The translations under genes and the position numbers were made by a program. Positions 39,401-49,940 of a stretch of 64,000 nt of DNA are shown piece by piece (the stretch's first letter is position 1; each line of letters starts with the position of its first letter). The notes under the pieces are model-generated. The model was not told the origin of the DNA. It made no database searches and was given only the letters and a program-made list of their open reading frames with translations. This stretch comes from Squalus acanthias (taxonomy: Eukaryota). Location: NCBI GenBank assembly GCA_030390025.1, contig JASTWF010000325.1, positions 310,001 through 374,000 on the forward strand, given 5' to 3'.

Positions 39401-40425
39401 TTTCCGATCACCGATTCCGGTCTCTGTTTTCCGGTCTCTGATTCCGGTCTCTGTTTTCCGGTCTCTGTTTTCCGATCACCGAATCCGGTCTCTGTTTTCC
39501 GATCACCGATTCCGGTCTCTGTTTTCCGGTCTCTGATTCCGGTCTCTGTTTTCTGGTCTCTGTTTTCCGATCACCGATTCCAGTCTCTGTTTTCCGGTCT
39601 CTGATTCCGGTCTCTGTTTTCCGATCACCGAATCCGGTCTCTGTTTTCCGGTCTCTGTTTTCCGATCACCGAATCCGGTCTCTGTTTTCCAGTGTCTGTT
39701 TTCCGGTCTCTGTTTTCCGATCACCGATTCCGGTCTCTGTTTTCCGGTCTCTGTTTTCCGATCACCTATTCCGGTCTCTGTTTTCCGGTCTCTGTTTTCC
39801 GATCACCGATTCCGGTCTCTGATTCCGGTCTCTGTTTTCCAATCACCGATTCCGGTCTCTGTTTTCCGGTCTCTGATTCCGGTCTCTGTTTTCCGGTCTC
39901 TGATTCCGGTCTCTGTTTTCCGGTCTCTGATTTCCGATCACCAATTCCGGTCTCTGATTCCGGTCTCTGTTTTCCGGTCTCTGATTCCGGTCTCTGTTTT
40001 CCGGTCTCTGATTCCGGTCTCTGTTTTCCGGTCTCTGATTCCGGTCTCTGTTTTCCGGTCTCTGATTCCGGTCTCTGTTTTCCGGTCTCTGATTTCCGAT
40101 CACCGATTCCAGTCTCTGTTTTCCGGTCTCTGATTCCGGTCTGTGTTTTCCAATCACTGATTCCGGTCTCTGTTTTCCAATCACCGAATCCGGTCTCTGT
40201 TTTCCGGTCTCTGTTTTCCGGTCTCTGATTCCGGTCTCTGTTTCCGGTCTCTGTTTTCCGGTCTCTGATTCCGGTCTCTGTTTTCCGATCACCGAATCCG
40301 GTCTCTGTTTTCCGGTCTCTGTTTTCCGATCACCGAATCTGGTCTCTGTTTTCCAGTCTCTGTTTTCCGATCACCGAATCCGGTCTCTGTTTTCCGGTCT
40401 CTGTTTTCCGATCACCGATTCCAAT
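33500..40425. repeat. 6.9-kb minisatellite of 13-bp (RATCACYGATTCC) and 14-bp (RGTCTCTGTTTTCC) modules
   Basis: The modules are visible throughout. The left part uses A/T variants and the right part G/C variants. The array ends about 20 nt before the AG at 40443-40444. Confidence 0.99.
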
Positions 40426-40444
40426 ATCTGTTTCTCGCCAACAG

Positions 40445-40534
40445 GCCATTCAGGAAACTGTTGATCTCCACAAGTCTAAAATTGAGAGCTTCAAGTGTGC
40501 TACTCTCAGTTCCAGTCCCCAGTTTCAAGAGCAG
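40445..40534 (+). CDS. FGD2: FGD2-like exon, PH1-FYVE linker: AIQETVDLHKSKIESFKCATLSSSPQFQEQ
   Basis: caacag| acceptor and CAG|gtcagt donor, 90 nt, phase 0-0. Fits the FGD 'AI...I....E(T/S)FK' segment. Confidence 0.82.
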
Positions 40535-40653
40535 GTCAGTAACAGATGTGTTGTGTTATGGAGCAGGTGTCACCAGATTCATGGTCCTGCCCAGAGACTG
40601 ACAAATTGGGGGAATGTCAAATGTCAGCTGGATAAAGGAATGGATGCTATCCA

Positions 40654-40964
40654 GTACAGCACGGGTTAGATACAGAGTAAAGCTCCCTCTACACTGTCCC
40701 ATCAAACACTCCCAGGGCAGGTACAGCACGGAGTAGATACAGAGTAAAGCTCCCTCTACACTGTCCCATCAAACACTCCCAGGGCAGGGACAGCACGGGT
40801 TAGATACAGAGTAAAGCTCCCTCTACACTGTCCCATCAAACACTCCCAGGGCAGGGACAGCACGGGTTAGATACAGAGTAAAGCTCCCTCTACACTGTCC
40901 CATCAAACACTCCCAGGGCAGGTACAGCACGGGTTAGATACAGAGTAAAGCTCCCTCTACACTG
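40654..40964. repeat. 67-bp minisatellite x 4.6 (GTACAGCACGGGTTAGATACAGAGTAAAGCTCCCTCTACACTGTCCCATCAAACACTCCCAGGGCAG)
   Basis: Units start at 40654, 40721, 40788, 40855 and 40922. Resembles a dispersed tandem repeat I recall from shark genomes (not verified). Confidence 0.95.
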
Positions 40965-41550
40965 CCCGGGAGGTGCCGGTCTCCCTCTGCACTGCCCGGG
41001 AGGTGCCGGTCTCCCTCTGCACTGCCCGGGAGGTGCCGGTCTCCCTCTACACTGCCCGGGAGGTGCCGGTCTCCCTCTACACTGCCCGGGAGGTGCCGGT
41101 CTCCCTCTACACTGCCCGGGAGGTGCCGGTCTCCCTCTACACTGCCCGGGAGGTGCCGGTCTCCCTCTACACTGCCCGGGAGGTGCCGGTCTCCCTCTAC
41201 ACTGCCCGGGAGGTGCCGGTCTCCCTCTACACTGCCCGGGAGGTGCCGGTCTCCCTCTACACTGCCCGGGAGGTGCCGGTCTCCCTCTACACTGCCCGGG
41301 AGGTGCCGGTCTCCCTCTACACTGCCCGGGAGGTGCCGGTCTCCCTCTACACTGCCCGGGAGGTGCCGGTCTCCCTCTACACTGCCCGGGAGGTGCCGGT
41401 CTCCCTCTACACTGCCCGGGAGGTGCCGGTCTCCCTCTACACTGCCCGGGAGGTGCCGGTCTCCCTCTACACTGCCCGGGAGGTGCCGGTCTCCCTCTAC
41501 ACTGCCCGGGAGGTGCCGGTCTCCCTCTACACTGCCCGGGAGGTGCCGGT
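40951..41550. repeat. Near-perfect 30-bp minisatellite x 20 (CTCCCTCTACACTGCCCGGGAGGTGCCGGT)
   Basis: 20 units; only units 2 and 3 differ, by one A>G change. Confidence 0.99.
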
Positions 41551-41598
41551 CTCTCTCTCCTTGTGCCGCTGATCTTTGGATGTTTGTGTTTTCCACAG

Positions 41599-41724
41599 GC
41601 GGGGTTGTTGGGCAGACGAGCCCCTCACTGGATTCGGGACAGTCATGTCACCATGTGCATGTGCTGCAAAGAGGCTTTCAACCTCCTCACAAGACGGCGG
41701 CACCACTGTCGAGCCTGTGGTTAT
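41599..41724 (+). CDS. FGD2: FGD2-like exon, FYVE N-half: [42 protein letters not shown]
   Basis: ttccacag| acceptor and |gtgagt donor, 126 nt, phase 0-0. Carries the WxxD and RRHHCRxCG FYVE motifs. Confidence 0.93.
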
Positions 41725-41729
41725 GTGAG

Positions 41730-44617
41730 TGTGAGAGGCGGTGTGGGGGGAGGGAGTGGGGCAGGCGGGGTGGGGGGGGGGGGGTGGGGGGGGAGTGGTG
41801 AAGTAGGGACATGGTGTGGGGGGGGGAGGGAGTGGGGAAACGGTGTGGGGGGTGGGAGGGAGTGGGGAGGCGGTGGGGGGGGAGGCGGTGTGGGGGGGGA
41901 GGCGGTGTGGGGGGGGAGGGAGGGAGTGGGGACGCGGTGTGGGGGGGGAGGGAGTGGGGAAACGGTGTGGGGGGGGAGGGAGTGGGGAAACGGTGTGGGG
42001 GGGGAGGGAGTGGGGAAACGGTGTGGGGGGGGAGGGAGTGGGGAAACGGTGTGGGGGGGGAGGGAGTGGGGAGGCGGTGGGGGGGAGGGAGTGGGGAAAC
42101 GGTGTGGGGGGTGGAGGGAGTGGGGAGGCGGTGTGGGGGGGGGGAGGGAGTGGGGAGGCGGTGTGGGGGGGGGGAGGGAGTGGGGAGGCGGTGTGGGGGG
42201 GGGAGGGAGTGGGGACGCGGTGTGGGGGGGAGGGAGTGGGGACACGGTGTGGGGGGGGGGAGGGAGTGGGGAAACGGTGTGGGGGGGGGAGGGAGTGGGG
42301 AGGCGGTGTGTGGGGGGGGAGGGAGTGGGGAGGCGGTGTGTGGGGGGGGAGGGAGTGGGGAGGCGGTGTGTGGGGGGGGAGGGAGTGGGGACACGGTGTG
42401 GGGGGGAGGGAGTGGGGAGGCGGTGTGGGGGGGGGAGGGAGTGGGGAGGCGGTGTGTGGGGGGGGGAGGGAGTGGGGAGGCGGTGTGTGGGGGGGGGAGG
42501 GAGTGGGGAGGCGGTGTGTGGGGGGGGGAGGGAGTGGGGACACGGTGTGGGGGGGAGGGAGTGGGGACGCGGTGTGGGGGGGAGGGAGTGGGGACGCGGT
42601 GTGGGGGGGGAGGGAGTGGGGAGGCGGTGTGGGGGGGGAGGGAGTGGGGACACGGTGTGGGGGGGGGAGGGAGTGGGGACACGGTGTGGGGGTGGGAGGG
42701 AGTGGGGAGGCGGTGTGGGGGGGGGAGGGAGTGGGGAGGCGGTGTGGGGGGGGAGGGAGTGGGGAGGCGGTGTGGGGGGGAGGGAGTGGGGAGGCGGTGT
42801 GGGGGGGGAGGGAGTGGGGAGGCGGTGTGGGGGGGGGAGGGAGTGGGGACACGGTGTGGGGGGGGGAGGGAGTGGGGAGGCGGTGTGGGGGGGGGAGGGA
42901 GTGGGGAGGCGGTGTGGGGGGGGAGGGAGTGGGGACACGGTGTGGGGGGGGGAGGGAGTGGGGAGGCGGTGTGGGGGGGGGAGGGAGTGGGGAGGCGGTG
43001 TGGGGGGGGAGGGAGTGGGGAGGCGGTGTGGGGGGGAGGGAGTGGGGAGGCGGTGTGGGGGGGGAGGGAGTGGGGAGGCGGTGTGGGGGGGGAGGGAGTG
43101 GGGAGGCGGTGTGGGGGGGGAGGGAGTGGGGAGGCGGTGTGGGGGGGGAGGGAGGGAGGGAGTGGGGAGGCGGTGTGGGGGGGGAGGGAGTGGGGAGGCG
43201 GTGTGGGGGGGGAGGGAGTGGGGAGGCGGTGTGGGGGGGGAGGGAGTGGGGAGGCGGTGTGGGGGGGGGAGGGAGTGGGGAGGCGGTGTGGGGGGGGAGG
43301 GAGTGGGGAGGCGGTGTGGGGGGGAGGGAGGGAGTGGGGAGGCGGTGTGGGGGGGAGGGAGGGAGTGGGGAGGCGGTGTGGGGGGGGAGGGAGGGAGTGG
43401 GGAGGCGGTGTGGGGGGGGAGGGAGTGGGGAGGCGGTGTGGGGGGGAGGGAGGGAGTGGGGAGGCGGTGTGGGGGGGAGGGAGGGAGTGGGGAGGCGGTG
43501 TGGGGGGGGAGGGAGGGAGTGGGGAGGCGGTCTGGGGTGGGAGGGAGTGGGGAGGCGGTGTGGGGGGGGAGGGAGGGAGTGGGGAGGCGGTGTGGGGGGG
43601 GGAGGGAGGGAGTGGGGAGGCGGTGTGGGGGGGGAGGGAGGGAGTGGGGAGGCGGTGTGGGGGGGGAGGGAGGGAGTGGGGAGGCGGTCTGGGGTGGGAG
43701 GGAGTGGGGAGGCGGTGTGGGGGGGAGGGAGGGAGTGGGGAGGCGGTGTGGGGGGGGAGGGAGGGAGTGGGGAGGCGGTGTGGGGGGGGAGGGAGGGAGT
43801 GGGGAGGCGGTGTGGGGGGGGAGGGAGGGAGTGGGGAGGCGGTGTGGGGGGGGTGTGAGTGGGGAGGCGGTGTGAGTGGGGAGGCGGTGTGAGTGGGGAG
43901 GCGGTGTGGGGGGGGGAGGGAGTGGGGAAGCGGTGTGGGGGGGGAGGGAGTGGGGAGGCGGTGTGGGGGGGGAGGGAGTGGGGAGGCGGTGTGGGGGGGG
44001 GAGGGAGTGGGGAGGCGGTGTGGGGGGGGGGAGGGAGTGGGGAGGCGGTGTGGGGGGGGGGAGGGAGTGGGGACGCGGTGTGGAGGGGGGGAGGGAGTGG
44101 GGAGGCGGTGTGGGGGGGGAGGGAGGGAGTGGGGAGGCGGTGTGTGGGGGGGGAGGGAGTGGGGAGGCGGTGTGGGGGGGGAGGGAGGGAGTGGGGACGC
44201 GGTGTGGGGGGGGAGGGAGTGGGGAGGCGGTGTGGGGGGGGAGGGAGTGGGGAGGCGGTGTGGGGGGGAGGGAGGGAGTGGGGAGGCGGTGTGGGGGGGA
44301 GGGAGGGAGTGGGGAGGCGGTGTGGGGGGGAGGGAGGGAGTGGGGAGGCGGTGTGGGGGGGGGGAGGGAGGGAGTGGGGAGGCGGTGTGGGGGGGGAGGG
44401 AGGGAGTGGGGAGGCGGTGTGGGGGGGGAGGGAGGGAGTGGGGACGCGGTGTGGGGGGGGAGGGAGTGGGGAGGCGGTGTGGGGGGGAGGGAGGGAGTGG
44501 GGACGCGGTGTGTGGGGGGGAGGGAGGGAGTGGGGACGCGGTGTGAGGGGGGGGGGAGGGAGTGGGGACGCGGTGTGAGGGGGGGGGGGAGGGAGTGGGG
44601 AGGCGGTGTGGGGGGGC
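41730..44617. repeat. G-rich minisatellite, about 28-35 bp (GGGAGTGGGGAGGCGGTGT-Gn-A)
   Basis: Starts directly after the exon donor, with extreme G skew on the sense strand. Confidence 0.98.
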
Positions 44618-44881
44618 TGCACCGTGTCACTCTGAAAAGCCCCGTGCTGAATCCTCTGCAAAGACTGCTCTCCCGCTCTTCCCGGAGCGTGTTGGTGTTG
44701 AGTCATCATCGAAGCTTCAACGTCACCGTGCCCGCACGACAAGCAGCTGTGATTGAGCGTCACACCCAAGCACCAGCCTTGTCCTTCTCTCTCTCAGATG
44801 CCAATGAGCCCCCTCTCCCTGCTATTTTAAAATAAAAAGGTTACAACGGAGACCTCAGGAACCTTGCACCAACCAGCAAGT

Positions 44882-45068
44882 GTCATCCGTGGCTCGGTGA
44901 GTAGCACACTCGCCTCTGAGTCAGAAGGTCGTGGGTTCAGGCCCACTCCAGAGACTTGACCCCCATGCTGGACTGAGGGAGTGCAGCACTGTCAGATGAG
45001 ATGTTAAACCGAGGCCCTGTCTGCCCTCTCGGGTGGATGTAAAAGATCCCACAGCACTATTCAGGGAG
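44882..45068 (+). mobile_element. tRNA-derived Deu-domain SINE (SacSINE1/AmnSINE-like), 5' part
   Basis: A-box-like TGGCTCGGTGAG and B-box-like GGTTCAGGCCC, followed by Deu-like GATGAGATGTTAAACCGAGGCCC...GTAAAAGATCCC. Appears to resume at 51116 (TGTCCTGGCCAAAATTTATC). Family name is from memory. Confidence 0.75.
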
Positions 45069-45366
45069 AAATCCTTGCTCTTCGGAGGCCTTTCTATCTA
45101 TTTATCTTTACGGTAGAAGAAACTAATAACATTCCGGAAATAGTGGAGAACCAAGGGTGCAGCGAGAATGAGGAACTTAAAGAAATTAGTATTAGTAAAG
45201 AAATAATACATGAGAAATTAATGGGACTAAAAGTTGTCAATTCCCCTGGACCTGACGGCCTACATCCTAGAGTTTTAAAAGAGGTGGGTGCATTGGTTGT
45301 CATTTTCCAAAATTCCATAGATTCTAGAACGGTTCCTGCAGATTGGAAGGTAGCAAATGGAACCCC

Positions 45367-45598
45367 TGTTGAGGCTGCCGCGAAACACGAATTGAGACTG
45401 AATCCATGTGTGGAAAACAAAGGCTTTTTAATACAACTGCATGGTCCAAAATGGCTGATACAAACTGCTCCCAGAATTCTCTGGCAAAATCCTGAGGCCC
45501 CGCCCACTCCTTTTCTCCTGCTTTAAAGGCAAGGTGCCCGATATTTTGTCCACGGACGGAAAAGTGGATAATGCCCGTTTAGGTGGCGATCCGCCACA
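45367..45598 (-). repeat. 3' LTR
   Basis: Direct repeat of 49466-49697, preceded on the minus strand by the PPT-like GGGGGGAG (about 45602-45609). Confidence 0.97.
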
Positions 45599-45618
45599 CA
45601 GCTCCCCCCAGAATCCAC

Positions 45619-48600
45619 TTAGGAGGTGTGGACGAGACGGTGCGGCGGTCTGATGGGCCGGCCGGAGCGGCTCTTGTAGGACGCCGGTGGACGTGGAACG
45701 GCCGGGCGTGGAGCAGCCGGGTGAACCGGCTTGAGGGCAGGTCGGCCGCGTGGAGGTGGACGAGCTACAGGGACCTGCTCACCGGGCTCCGAGTGTGCTG
45801 GCTTGAGTCGGTCCACCGACACTTTTTCGGTCCTGTCGCCCACTTGCAGGGTGAAAAATTTGTCCCCAGCCTGTAGCACCTTGTAGGGCCCGTCGTACGG
45901 GGGTTGAAGGGGTCCGCGGTGGGCGTCGTGCCGGATGAAAACGAACCGTGCCTGGTGCAGGCTTAGTGGGACGTGTGAGGTGGATTCGCCGTGTCGGGCA
46001 ATGGGCACCGGGGCGAACTGCAGCGCCGGTGAGGCGAAGTCGTGGAGTTGCTGGTCGGCTGACCAGGGTGTCGTGACGGTGGGCAGGAACTCGCCGGGTA
46101 CGTGCAGCGGCTGACCGTACACGAGCTCTGCTGCCGATGCATGGAGGTCTTCTTTAACCGCAGTGCGCAGGCCGAGGAGGACCCACGGAAGTCGGTCGGT
46201 CCAGGCGCCGTCCTGGAGGCTGGCTCGAAGAGATGCCTTCAAGGATCTGTGGAAACGCTCACACAGTCCGTTGGCTTGGGGGTGGTACGCTGTGGTGCGG
46301 TGAATAGTCACCCCGAGATTGCGTGCGAAGGCGATCCAGAGTTCAGAGGTAAATTGCGGACCTCTGTCCGACGTCATGTCGGAAGGGACGCCGAACCGTG
46401 CGACCCAGGTGCTGATGAAGGCTCTGGCGATGGCGGTGGTGGTAGAGGTCAGTGGAATTGCCTCGGGCCAGCGCGTGGTGCGGTCAACGATCGTCAGCAA
46501 GTGCGTGTGGCCTTGCGCGGCGGCAGGGGCCCGACGATGTCCACGTGGCTGTGGTCGAATCTACGCAAGGGGACGGTAAACTCCTCGAGGGGTGCTTTCG
46601 TGTGTTGCTGTACCTTGGCCCGTTGGCAGGCTAGGCAGGAGTTGGCCCAAGTACGCACATCCTTGCGAAGGCCGCGCCAGACAAAGCGGTTGGCTACCAA
46701 TTTGATGGATGCGCGGGCGCCGGGATGGGAGAGGTTGTGGAGAATCTCGAATACCCGGCGGCGCCAGGACGCTGGGACGATGGGCCGAGGTTGACATAGG
46801 GATATGTCGCACTTGACCATGACTGCGGTCGGGCCACAGGCGACGTCGGCCAGGCATAGCCCTGGTAGGTTGGTGGGTGCGGAGAGCAGATCAGGGTCGG
46901 TTATCTGGTCTGCTGCGAGTTGAGCGTAGTCGACTGCCAGGTGTGCGGCGTGGATGGCGGGGCGGGAGAGGCAGTCGGCTACCACATTGTCTCGGCCGGA
47001 GACGTGTTGGATGTCCGTGGTGAACTCGGATGCTGCCGCGATGGCGCTGCTGCCTGGCGGACCAGGGGTCGGTTGTCTTTGCCATTGCGAAAGTCAGGGG
47101 CTTGTGGTCGACAAACGCAGTGAAGGGGTGGCCCTCCAGCAAAAACCGAAAATGGCGGACCGCCAGGAACAACGCGAGGAGCTCGCGGTCGAAGGTGCTG
47201 TACTTGACCTCCGGGGGGCGTAGTTGGCGGCTGAAGAAGGCAAGAGGTTGCCAGGCGCCGTCGACCCACTGCTCATACACGGCGCCGACCACGTGGTCAG
47301 AGGCGTCCGTGGTGAGTGCTACCCTGGCATTGGGCCATGGGTGCGCGAGCAGGGTGGCGTTGGCGAGCGCGGTCTTGGTGGAGTCAAAGGCGGCGGACGC
47401 GTCTGCCATCCATTCGACCGCCATCTTGCCGCTCCTGCCCCGGAGGGCTTCATACAGGGGCCTCATGAGGGACGCCGCTTTGGGGATGAAGGGGTTGTAG
47501 AAATTCACCATCCCGAGGAACTCCTGGAGGCCTTTGATGGTGGTGGGGCGGGGAAATTGTTGGACGGCCTGCACCTTGGTGGGCAGGGGAATGGCCCCAG
47601 CATGGGTGATGTGGTGGCCGAGGAAGTCGATCTTGTCCAGGCCGAACTGGCATTTGGCTGGGCTGAGGATGAGCCCGTGGTCGCTGAGGTGCCCGAACAG
47701 GATGCGAAGGTGTTCGAGGTGGTCCTGCTTGGAGGAACTGGCTACCAGGATGTCGTCCAGGTAGACGAACAGGAACTTCAGGTCCCGAAGGACCGAGTCC
47801 ATGAGCCGTTGGAATGCCTGGGCCGCGTTTTTGAGGCCGAAGGGCATCCGCAGGAACTCGAACAGGCCGAAGGGGGTGATTACGGCCGTCTTGGGGATGT
47901 CCGCAGGGTGGACGGGGACTTGGTGGTAGCCACGCACCAGGTCGACCTTGGAAAAGACTGAGCGGCCGGCCAGTCTAGCCGAGAAGTCCTGAATGGTACC
48001 CCGTGCCGCACATTCAGGGGTGGTGGCATCATTGAGGCGGCGGTAATCCCCGCAGGGGCGCCAACCCCCGCCTGGTTTGGGGGCGATGTGGAGTGGGGAG
48101 GCCCAGGGACTGTTGGAGCGGTGGATGATGCCGAGCTGTTCCATGGCGGCAAACTCAGTCCGCGCGATCTCCAGTTTGGCTGGGTCGAGCCTGCGGGCGT
48201 GGGCGTACACTGGGGGGCCTGTGGTGGGGATGAAGTGTTCCACCCCGTGTTTGGCGGCCTCCGCGGAGAAGGTCGGATTGGTAAGGGCCGGGAATTCGGC
48301 CAGGAGTGCCGAGTAGTCATCCGTGGCCCGGGCGTGGCACTGTGACGCCATGTCGGCGGGTTGACGGGGGGCCATGGCGCCCAGGATGGGGGACATGGTG
48401 TTCATGTCCACGAGGCGGTGACGGGGGATGTCTACCAGTAGGCCGTGTGCGCACAGGAAATCTGCGCCGATGAGAGGGGAGAGCACCTTGGCAGTGATGA
48501 ACTCCCATCGGTAGCGGCGACCAGCGAGGTCGAGGGTGACTGTCCGGGTGCCGTACGTCCGGATTTCCGAGCCGTCAGCAGCAGCCAGCACCGGTCCTCG

Positions 48601-49425
48601 TTCGCCCTTTTGGATGTCGAGGGAGGAGGCCGGGATGATGCTGTGCTGAGCCCCAGTGTCGCACAGGAACCGGCGGCCGGTTTTGTCATCCGTGACGAAC
48701 AGCAGGGAGCCCGCGTGGCCCACGGCCATCGCGGGGGCTGGAACGGGGGCGGACTTGAAAGAGCAGGGAGGTGTGCACCGTTGTGCCCTGGCGCCGAACC
48801 GTGCGTGGTAGTAACAGTGGCCCGGGTTAGTGGGGCGCGAAGGCCCCATGGGCCTGGTGGCTGGTCCTTGTGGCCGCGTGGTGGCCGGTGAGGGGCGCGC
48901 CCAGGCATTGGCTGCCAGGTCCGGAGTGACGTCGCGGCTGGAGTGAGCGGACAGCAGCTTGTCGGCCTCATCAGCCAGGGCTTCCTGGTTCGTGAGGCCG
49001 GACGCCACGATCGCTGGGCGGATGCTGAGAGGTATCTGACGGATGAACAGTGTGCGGAAGAGGGATCCAGGTGGGCTCTCGTCGGTGAGGGAGAGCATGT
49101 GGGAGAGGAGGTCTGACGGTGAGGCATCACCGAGGCCTGGAAGGTCGAGGAGGTGTCAGTTTCGCTGGTATGCCGAGGCCGTAAATTTTTTAAGGAGCGC
49201 TGCCTTAAGATGTGCATACTTGCCTTCCTCTGGTGGGTTCTGCAGCGCTGTCCAAACCTTCGAAACTGTGGCGCTACCGAGTGATGTGACGAGGTATTCG
49301 TACTGCGTCCCATCTGTGGTGATGTTTCACAGCCGGAAGCGGGATTCAGCTTGGAGAAACCAGGCTTCGGGCTGGTTTTCCCAAAACTCCAGCAGTTTCA
49401 CGGAAACTGCGTTCGTGTCCGCCAT
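45619..49425 (-). pseudogene. Gypsy gag-pol single ORF, disabled
   Basis: ATG at 49425 (MADTNAVSVKL.EFW...PEAWF). Gag C-X2-H-X9-C-X3-C (CYYHARFGARAQRCTPPC), protease DTGA, RT YLDD, RNase H TDAS/RELLA/DHKPL, integrase H-H-C-C, D,D,E and GPY. In-frame TGA at 49327-49329 and 49156-49158; frameshifts near 47040 and 46518. Confidence 0.95.
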
Positions 49426-49450
49426 TGCAGTGCTCGGAATACGTTCTGAG

Positions 49451-49464
49451 CGTCGGGGTAACCA
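49451..49464 (-). promoter_or_regulatory. Primer-binding site, tRNA-Trp type
   Basis: Minus strand TGGTTACCCCGACG, 1 nt after the 5' LTR. 13/14 match to the tRNA-Trp PBS TGGTGACCCCGACG. Confidence 0.88.
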
Positions 49465-49465
49465 A

Positions 49466-49697
49466 TGTTGAGGCTGCCGCGAAACACGAATTAAGACTGA
49501 ATCCATGTGTGGAAAACAAAGGCTTTTTAATACAACTGCATGGTCCAAAATGGCTGATACAAACTGCTCCCAGAATTCTCTGGCAAAACCCTGAGGCCCC
49601 GCCCACTCCTTTTCTCCTGCCTTAAAGGCAAGGTGCCCGATATTTTGTCCACGGACGGAAAAGTGGATAATGCCCGTTTAGGTGGCGATCTGCCACA
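49466..49697 (-). repeat. 5' LTR
   Basis: TGTGGC...CAACA on the minus strand, containing a GC box (GGGCGGGG) and ATTAAA. Confidence 0.97.
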
Positions 49698-49816
49698 CCC
49701 CACTATTTAAGAAAGGAGGGAGAGGGAAAACCGGGAACTACAGGCCAGTTAGCCTGACATCCGTAGTAGGGAAAATGCTAGAATCTATTATTAGGGATGT
49801 AGTAACAGGGCACTTA

Positions 49817-49940
49817 AAGAAAGAAAAGCTTGCATTTATATAGCACCTTTCACGACCACCGGACGTCCCAAAGTGCTTTACGTCAATGAAGTGCTTTTTG
49901 AATGTTGTCACTGTTGTAATGTAGGAAACGCGGCAGCCAA
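49817..49940 (-). mobile_element. SINE 3' tail fragment (L2-type tail) inserted in CR1
   Basis: The minus strand ends ...GGTGCTATATAAATGCAAGCTTTTCTTTCTT. It interrupts CR1 'VTGHL|ENHN' with CTTA on both sides. Confidence 0.8.

Larger units (their letters stand above)
45367..49697 (-). mobile_element. Full-length Ty3/Gypsy LTR retrotransposon, CsRn1-like clade (4331 bp)
   Basis: Two 232-bp TG...CA LTRs with 4 differences. CCCC target duplication at 45363-45366 and 49698-49701. tRNA-Trp-type PBS, G-rich PPT, and gag-PR-RT-RH-IN order. Confidence 0.97.

Noticed and set aside
1..41550. CRISPR-like arrays
   Set aside because: The units are head-to-tail with no unique spacers, there are no cas genes, and the context is a eukaryotic intron.
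33407..41596. ESVIGKQRL, SETGKQRP and [10 protein letters not shown] repeat proteins
   Set aside because: Translations of the 13/14-bp and 30-bp tandem repeats.
41527..44835. Long Pro/His-rich and Gly-rich ORFs up to 1080 aa
   Set aside because: The G-rich repeat is stop-poor in all frames. Only 41599-41724 is a real exon.
44882..44955. Possible tRNA gene
   Set aside because: It has only A/B-box similarity and continues into a SINE body.
45583..49471. + strand ORFs antisense to gag-pol
   Set aside because: Shadow ORFs of GC-rich coding sequence with no recognisable motifs.
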